Shown: positions 55,700 to 64,000 of the stretch, in pieces | Layout of the letters: each line of letters begins with the position of its first letter | Position numbering within the stretch: position 1 is the stretch's first letter | NCBI RefSeq assembly: GCF_009914755.1 | Contig: NC_060936.1 | Length of the DNA stretch: 64,000 bases | Source: the human T2T-CHM13v2.0 reference genome, Homo sapiens | Direction: 5' to 3' (one strand) | Notes under the pieces: generated by a model | Told to the model about the DNA's origin: nothing | Database searches by the model: none | What the model saw: only the letters and a program-made list of their open reading frames with translations | Position numbers and translations under genes: made by a program

Positions 55700-56620
55700 C
55701 TCCACCTCCAAGAAGTTAGCATGGACAGTCCCGTTAAACCAAAGTCACATCCTGCAGCTCGCAGTTCACAGCCCTCCCACAGCTCCACATCCCATTCAAA
55801 TCCCCAGTGCCTTCCTACCAGGCTGAACAGGATCTGGAACCGCTTTGACCATTTGTGAACACTTCTAGTGCGAAAGGGGAGCCTAGTAATAATTATTCTG
55901 GAACTTCAAGTATAAACCTGAATTGTCCTAAGTAAATATGGATGTACCCACGTACCTGTCACCTACTATCTTCCTTTCACCTGCTCTAGTCCAGCCCCTT
56001 TACTGTCCCTTCAATATCCCGGGCTTGCTATTGCCTCAAGATCTTTGCACTTGCTGTTCCCTCTCCCTGGACACACTTCCTCCAAATATCTTCATGACTT
56101 AATGCTTCATCTCCTTCACCTCTTTGCTAAATACTATTATTAGCTTCCAGTGACCACCATATTTTAAAAGTTACCACCCTACACACACACCCTCGTGCAC
56201 ACATGCACAGACATGCTCACGCTTACTCCCCTTGGGTTCTTTACAACCATCGAACTGCCATTTATTTTATTTATTCACTTTGTGTATTACCTGTCTTGTC
56301 CAGAACCTCTATATGTGATTGTTCAGTGCAAGCCTTGCCAAGGGGAAGAGGAGTGGGTTGGCCTCAAGCCAACATCCCTCTTGTCAACCAGGGATGGCGG
56401 TTGCATCATACAGGAGAAAGTGTCCTCTTCTACCCATTGTACATTTAAACAGAGGCTCCATATATCCTAGCAGTGGCTTGGTCTCTCCCTACTGGAATGT
56501 AAGCTCTAATACTGGAAACTATCTTTCGTCTTGCTCACTGTCTATCTCTAATACCGAGAACAATACCTAATATGTCAGAGGTACTCGAGAAATGTTTGTC
56601 AAATGAACAGATGAATGAAA
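55700..56620 (+). mobile_element. L2 3' region, fragmented
   Basis: atctttgcacttgctgttccctctccctgg...ctggaatgtaagctc...aaatgaacagatgaatgaa. Confidence 0.65.
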
Positions 56621-59084
56621 ACAAGACTGCGCTCTGCCATCATACCTTTTCAAAGTCCTGAGACGTCCCTCTCACTTTTCTAACTGATATTCCCTTCCCT
56701 TTCCTCTCTCTTTTTTTCTTTTTTAACACATTTAATGTTACTTTCTTAATCCAACTCAACTTGCAGTAAACAATTTATCTTAACACTGCAAGGTAACTTA
56801 CAAGGTTTAAAATAATCTCTTTTTAGATAATTGCTCAGCCAATTCAGAATTTAAACCCAATTATTTCAAATGTTAAAGTCATTTTCAGAGTGTCCTCCAC
56901 TCTTAAGTGTGCACCCTACTCTGCCCCTCCAGCGTGGAGCTTTGCAGGAGAAAAATTTTTCCTTGGTGCCAGAGAAGGGGGGGTGATAACTCTGAGTGCC
57001 ATCTGCTAGGCCATTCCTGGCCTCTGGAGAGTCTCTTCCTGTCTGGCCTTTCTGCTTTGATCTCTCTCCCTGTTTTCTCCATAGCTGATGTAACAGGTCC
57101 CAACAGACCTCCAGATGGGTGGGGTCAGTGCCTAAACCCCAGGCTACTCCTGGGCCTGGCTCCTATAGCATTCCTACACCCCACTCTGCATCAAACTGGG
57201 AATTCTGGATCCCCTGCCCCATGCCGCTGTTAAGCTGTGGGGAAACTTGGGTGCTTGTCAAGTACACTCTCTTTCTCTCTCCCTCTTCCCCAACCTCTTC
57301 TTTCTCTCCTTGAAAATGGGATTCTACTGCATTTGTATTTGCAAAATGTTTATTCTTAAGATGAATGATGGGTACACAAGTTTGTTATAGTTTTCTCTAG
57401 ACTTTTAGATGCCTGAAATATTTCACACACTCAGAATAAAAGGACATACTACCTTTTCTACTCTACTGCTCTTGCCTTATATTGATGAAGGTCTCCCCAA
57501 ACTCCAAATGGAAATGAAGAGACACAACATGAATGATTATTGTATTCTCTCTGGCCCAGAGAACCTCCTAGACTTTAATAAGACATATGCATGGTTTTCT
57601 AGTCTTGGTCAAAACCTACAGTGTTCTCCCTGCTCTGCCTCCTCCGCCTCCTCCTCCTTCTCAGGCCAGAATAGAATAGGGTCATGCAGGCAGCCAGGGG
57701 TAGCCTTGGTTGGGACCAAAGATTCTGGGAAGACTGGTGGCCCAGGCTCCACATAAGCAAGCTTGGGTATGGGCTGTGCTTGCTTTCCAGCCCCTGGGGT
57801 TGAGTTTAGCCCATGGTCCAAATTGAGACAGATGACAGTTGTGCTTGGCAACTCAATCTGGAAAACCTGACCCATGCCAGGGGGAATGTTCCATCATCCC
57901 CAAATCCCTCTTACCAGAGCAGGAAATAGGGGCTCTTGAGAGAAACTGGTAAGGGAGGAAGATGACACCAGAGGGGCCATAGCCTTGAACTGTATAAAAC
58001 AATATGGGGAATGGGTTGGGGGTGGGGGATTTAAGCATCCCCCCTACTCAGCAGGACTGAGAAGACTGCTACAGATTCCCATTTCTTTCTGTATTTAGGA
58101 GTAGAAAGTGGAATTTGACTATATGCAAAATATCATTAAAGAGTCAGATCCACAATGACTCTGTTCCCCATCGTGACATGTATCTTCTCAGGATCTGCTC
58201 TCCTCTGAGGAGGGAGGCCAAAGGAAAGGAGGAATAAATGAATCTTTTCCTTCTAGAAGTCAAATTTCAGGTGAATTGCTGCTTTATATTCTCTTTTCTA
58301 CATATCTCTTATTGTGGTTCTGGAAGCATTTGATGTCTTTCTTCTGAATTCTGTTACCTTGATTGTCCAAGGACTTGTTAACCCGTTCCATCCTTCCCTT
58401 TCAATGAAAGAAAAATGTAAAAATTCCACTGTATGTTCCTCTTCCTTCTTCCCAGTATTTGATATTCATTCAACAAGCTACCCAATCAGTTTTGACGCAG
58501 AAAACGTTCTACTCAGGGTAGAAGGTCACAGGGGCAGGGGGCTCCTCAGTGCATCCATTGTCCATGAAGATATAGAGCCCAGAGAATTCACGAGGCTCAG
58601 TCTGATGCAGCTGGGCAGCATGCGTTGTGTCAGCGACTCTCCCAGTTTTCTCTGTTTTCATATCGCCTTGTACCTTAGATCTCTCTGGGGCCATTGTGCT
58701 CTTTCCTGAAACACAATCTTTGGAAACTCCTTTCATCATGGTCTGTTGGCAGAGAAATCTCTCAGTTTTTGCTTATCTTAGAATATCTTAATTTCACTTC
58801 TATTCTTGTAAGATCATTTTGCTAGGTACACAACACTAGATTGTTGTAACTCCCATTACATTAATGATGTTATTCCACTGTTGCCAGCCTCCATCATTGC
58901 TGCTGAAGGTTCTACTGTCTGATTTTTATTCCTCTGTATGTGATATAAGAGATCTGTCTTTCCTCCCTGCTCCCTTAGTCATGGTTGCATCCCCAGTATC
59001 TGGCACGAAATAATAATAGCTACCACTTATACAGCATTTAACTATGTTCCAGGCAAAGTTCTAAGCGTTTTACCTCATTTAATC

Positions 59085-61520
59085 TTTATTTTTAATTATG
59101 GTATAATATACAGAGCATACAATTTACTGCATTAACTATTTCTGAGTGTATAATTAACGGATATTACGTACATACACAATGCTCAATAATCATCACCACT
59201 ATTTCCAGAACTTTTCATCATCCCAAACAGAAACTCTGCATCCATTAATCTATAACTCCCAATTATTACTTTCTCCCCAGCCCCTGGTAACCTCTATTCT
59301 ACTTCCTCTCTTTATGAATTTGGCAATTCAAATACTACATGTGGTAATCAGGGTTCTCCAGAGAAACAGAACCGATAGGATATATATAGATAAGTAGAAA
59401 CAGATTTAGTATAAGAAGTCCCTTGATCTGCTGTCTACAAGCTGGAGGCCCAGGAAAGCCAGTGGTATAGTTTCAGTTCAAACCCAGAGGTTTGAAAATC
59501 AAGCAAACCACTGGTGTAACTCCCAGTCCAAGTCCAAAGGCTTGAGAAACAGCAAGCCAATGTCCAAGCGCAAGAGATGACATCTTAGTTCAAGCAGAGT
59601 GAAAATTCATCTTTTTTCCACTCATTTGTTCTATGTAGGCTCATACAATAAACAATTTAGATGATGCCCACCCCCATTGATAAGGACAGATGATTTTTAT
59701 TCAGTCTGCTGAGCAAAGAACAGCTAATGCTAATCTCTTTTAAAAATGTTCTCACTGACACATCCAGAAACAATGTTTAACCAGCTATCTGGATATCCCT
59801 TAGCCCAATCAAGTTGGCACAAAATGAACCATCACACTGCATATTAGTGGAAGTACATAATATTTGCTCTTTCGTGTCTGGTTTATTTTACTTGGCATAA
59901 TATTTCCATGGTTCATCCACATTGTATCAAACTCCATTCCTTTTTATGATTGAATCATATTCGGTTTTATATATATATATATATTTATCCATTCACCTAT
60001 TGATGGCACTGAGTTTTTGTTTTTAGCCATTGTGAATAATGCTGCTATGAACACTGGTATACAAGTATCCATTTCTCTGTTTTCGATTATTTAGGAATAA
60101 AATTGCTGAGTCATATGGTAATTCTATGTTTCACTTTCTGAGGAAACACCAAACTGTATTAACAACCGCTATACTATTTTACATTCCTACCAGCAATGCA
60201 TGAGTTTCAATTTCTGCACATTTTTGCCAAAACATATCATTTTTCATTTTTTAAATAACAACCATTATGATGGGTATAAAGTGATACCTCATCGTGGTTT
60301 TGATTTACATTGCTCTAATGGTGTTGAACATCTTTTCATGTGCCTATTGGCCATTTGTACATCTTTCTTGGAGAAATTTCTTTTCAAGTCCTTTGCCCAT
60401 TTTTTAATTGGGTTGGTCTTTTGTTGGTGATGATGACTTTTAATTCTTCATATATTCTGGATATTAACCATATATATCATATATACTAATCACATATAAT
60501 TATATATATAATAGTATATATGATGTGTGTGTGTGTATATATATATGATTGATTTACAACTATTTTCTCCCATTTCTGTAAGTTGTCTGATCACTCTCCT
60601 GATAGTGGCTTTGATGCACAAAAAAAATTTAATTTTGATGAGGTCCAATTTATCTATATTTTCTTTTTTTACCTATGCTTTTGTGTCATATTTAAGAAAC
60701 CATTACCAAATCTAAGGTCATGAATATTTTGCCTTATGTTTTCTTCTGAATTTTATAGCTTTAGCTCTTACATGTCTGTCTTTGATCTATATTGAGTTAA
60801 TTTTTAAATACAGTGTAAGGTGTGTGCTCAATTTCATCCTTTTGCATGTGAATATCTAGTTTTCCCACAACAATTTGTTGAAAAAACTCCTTGCTCCATT
60901 GAATGATCTTGGCATTTTTGTTGAAAATCAGTTGACCATACATGTAAGAGTTTATTTCTTGGTACGCTTTTCAATTCCATCAGTTTATATGCCTATCTGT
61001 ATGCCAGTACCACACTGTTTTTATTAGTGTCATTTTGTAGTAAGTTCTAAAATCAGGAGTATGAACATTTGAATTGGTTCTTTTTCAAGATTGTTTTGGT
61101 TATTTGGGAATCCTTTGAGTTTCTACATGGATTTTAGGATATGTTTTTCTATTTCTAAATAATTTAAATAAAAATCTCCATTGGAATTTTGATAGGGATT
61201 GCATGGAATTTGTAGATCACTTTGGGTAGTACTATCATATTAATGTTAAGTCTTGCAATCCATGAACATAGAATGTCTTTCCATTTATTTAGGTCATCTT
61301 TAATGTCTTTCAGCTGTTTTACAGTTTTCAACATACACATCTTTTGCCTTCTTGGTTAAATTTATTCCTAAGTATTTTATTCTTTTTGATGCAATTTTAA
61401 ATGAAATTGTTTTTCTTAATTTCCTTTTCAGGTTGTTTATTGCTAGTGCATAGACACACAACTGATTTCTGTATGTTGATTTTTCTGCAGCTTTGCTGAA
61501 TTTGTTTATTAGCTCTAACT
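59085..61520 (-). mobile_element. L1MB 3' ~1.9 kb, interrupted by MLT2 and a (TA)n tract (60468-60548)
   Basis: tcatcccaaacagaaactctg...cagcccctggtaacctctattctact 3'UTR; ORF2 remnant [10 protein letters not shown]. Confidence 0.85.
59340..59836 (-). mobile_element. MLT2B-like ERVL solo LTR
   Basis: tgtggtaatcagggttctccagagaaacagaacc...aaccatcaca; 5-bp TSD ct(a/g)ca. Confidence 0.88.
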
Positions 61521-61559
61521 CACTTAATCTTGAAACAAATCTGTAAAGTAGCACTGTCA

Positions 61560-62355
61560 ATGTTCAGGCACTTGCATTAGCAGCCAGACTCATGAACTAG
61601 TAATACATGAGGAAAGGACGGGAAATTCTCTTTCTCATTCTCTTTCTGGCAGCTGTGCAGTAGCAGAAAATGCAAATTTGAGTTCCTGCCACAGAAGTGG
61701 CAGCAGTACAAGCTGTGGTATCTCATTCTCAGTGGTGGAGGTGGTGGCAGGTGGTATCAGGTATCAGATCAGTTGTGCAGTGTCCCTTGGGACACTGTTC
61801 CTGGAAGTCCATCCTTGGCCTTTCTTGTCTACTCCTCCTGATAATCTTGTAAAGCATCCAAAGTTATTTTTATTTAATTCCTTTTTTGGTCAGTCAACCA
61901 GAATCAGTTTCTGTGTTAGTCCATTCTTGCATTGCTATAAAGAAATACCTGAGACCGGGTAATTTATAAGAAATGAGGTTTAATTGGCTCACAGGGATCT
62001 GCAGGCTGTACAGGATGCATGGCAACAGCATCTGCTCAGCTACTGATGAGAGCTTCTAAGCTTACAGTCATGATGGAAGGGGAAGCGGGAACAAGCATCT
62101 CACATGATAGAAGTGGGAGCAAGAGGGAGAAAAAGTAGGGGTGGGGAGGTGCCACACTTTACAACAATCAGATCTCGCAAGAACGCACTATCACAAGAAC
62201 AGTACCAAGCGATGAGGGATCCACGTCCATAACCCAAACACCTCCCACCAGTCCCCAACTCCAACATTGGGGATTATATCTCAACATGAGATTTGGAGGA
62301 GACATCCAAACTATACTAGCTTCTGCTGCTTGCAAATAAGGCTCTTATATGACAA
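61560..62355 (+). mobile_element. Old ERVL LTR (LTR40/41-like) split by MSTA
   Basis: aattcctttt...ccagaatcagtttc resumes as ttctgctgcttgcaa after the MSTA. Confidence 0.5.
61912..62318 (-). mobile_element. MSTA (MaLR) solo LTR
   Basis: tgtgttagtccattcttgcattgctataaagaaatacctgagac...catccaaactata; 5-bp TSD g(t/c)ttc. Confidence 0.9.
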
Positions 62356-62359
62356 ATAT

Positions 62360-62560
62360 CAACAACAACACATGCTTCCGTTCCCTTATCCTGCTTTTTC
62401 TCTATAGTATCACTATCACTATCTGGACCATCAATTTATTGTCTGATTCCCACACTGGAATGAAAACTCCATGAGGTCAGAGTTTTTTTGTTCACTGCTA
62501 TATGCCTTAATTAATGCCTAGTATATATTGCACTTAATACAATTTATTGAATGAATGAAA
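62360..62560 (+). mobile_element. L2 3' end
   Basis: ctggaatgaaaactccatgaggtcag...tttattgaatgaatgaa. Confidence 0.75.
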
Positions 62561-63799
62561 CACCTAATACTTATTAATTTAACCCAGACAACAATACACA
62601 TCTCTTAGAAATCAAAACCTATGGCATTTATTCATAACTCTGTGCCTGTGATTTCACCTCTGAAAAGCAACTCTTTCTAGCTTTATGCTCTATGACTCTA
62701 GGCAGAGCAAATTCTTAGAAATCAGAGGAATCCCTAGGGGAACCTTCCCCAGGTATGCTGATATCATCCTCATATCATTTCCATAGGATATTGACTTGCG
62801 AGCTATCATCTGGGCCAATTATTAGTAGTTTTGCCAAAATGAATGGACACTTTTTCTTTCAGATGTTCATACTGGATATTAGAAAAAGTAAACATTTCTA
62901 AAATCTTCCCATGCTCATACTTAAATGCCCAAAGAAGCACTTAGTTGAATATAAAAGGTATCTCCAGACCATCTCAGAAACAGCAGGAGTTAATCCCTGC
63001 TAAAGTCAGAGAGGAGATTGAGAATGAGTTCTGCGCCATGTCATGCTGAGATGAAGACACTCTATTTCTCAAATTACTCTCTTATAAAACATCTCAAAAT
63101 GCCTTTCTGTACAAATCTAACTCACACCTGCTGAGAAAATGATGCTCTTTTCTAGGCCACAGGTTGTCTGTCCTGCCCTACGTTTACCTGACTTCTTAGA
63201 GTCCTCAGGTCACCCATGGCCTGGATGCATTCTGGCTTGTTCTTTAAAATGTCCACTTTAACAGTTGCTGTGGAAAAGATGCAGTCCAAGGTTACAAACC
63301 TGTTTATGACCAACTCTCCTGTGTCTCCGCTATGCTAATAATTTAAAATACGTGTTTAACTATAATCGCTGATTTGGTTATGTGTTTGAAACACGAAACC
63401 ATTGAACATAATTTTCAGAAAGCAATTTTTTTCCACAAATACTAACGATTGTTTCCCAACAATTCTATCAATAAGGGCTCCTGAAGAGCAGCAGGAAAGC
63501 AAGCACTGGAGGGGTGGCTTTAGTGGGCAGCTTATTGGGAAGTACAGATGGGGTCGCTTTCCATTCTTATTCCCCAAGGAGAGGCCTGATAACTGAGACC
63601 AACTCCAAACTGTGGCAGAGAAATTCCATCCAGTGTGGGGCTACATGCTGAGAACAAGGGGAAGACAGGTGGGAGATATGGTACAAAGGTGGGAGCTTCC
63701 AGAGAAAAGCAAGGTCATTCCAGGAACAGCAACTAAACACAGCAATAGAAAAGCAGGAACAGAGGCTCACCAGAGTGCCTCCAGTACCTGCAAAGTACT

Positions 63800-63985
63800 C
63801 ACTTATTCCTTCATTTATTCAATAAAAATCAAGTGAACATCTACATTGTACCAGCATCCTGCTGGGAGCTAAGGATACAACAAAAAGTAAGACAGACTAG
63901 GCCATGCCCTCATGGATCTTACGTTCTATCATTCAGCAGGTACTGAATAAATATTTGTTGAACTGGTCAATTGAATAAAATGACT
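63800..63985. mobile_element. Two opposed L2 3' fragments
   Basis: ttcatttattcaata...tgccctcatggatcttac (-) then aataaatatttgttgaa (+). Confidence 0.6.
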
Positions 63986-64000
63986 GAGCCAACACCCTTC

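Noticed and set aside
58314-58709. 131-aa ORF in non-repeat DNA
   Set aside because: GTG start, no recognisable motif and no convincing splice sites.

Overview
Primate (very probably human) nuclear DNA: AT-rich, CpG-depleted and mostly interspersed repeats (Alu S/Y, FAM/FLAM, L1PA/PB/M, L2, MIR, MaLR/ERV LTRs, hAT and Tigger fossils). I recognise no intact protein-coding gene, CpG island, RNA gene or CRISPR array, so the window looks intronic or intergenic. The only ORFs with recognisable protein similarity are dead L1 ORF1/ORF2 fragments. Repeat subfamily names come from recalled consensus features, not from an alignment. The best structural signals are: (1) a 45-52 bp near-perfect hairpin made by an inverted duplication inside an L2 (28882-28992); (2) a full-length L1PB1 whose perfect 16-bp TSDs also enclose ~73 nt of non-L1 sequence, a probable 5' transduction (29733-29805); (3) two twin-primed 5'-inverted L1s with TSDs; (4) a ~150-175 bp local dispersed duplication; and (5) non-repeat blocks with motif clusters, plus a candidate exon with good splice sites and a Kozak ATG (49205-49286). 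I cannot support a wholly new biological system from sequence alone.
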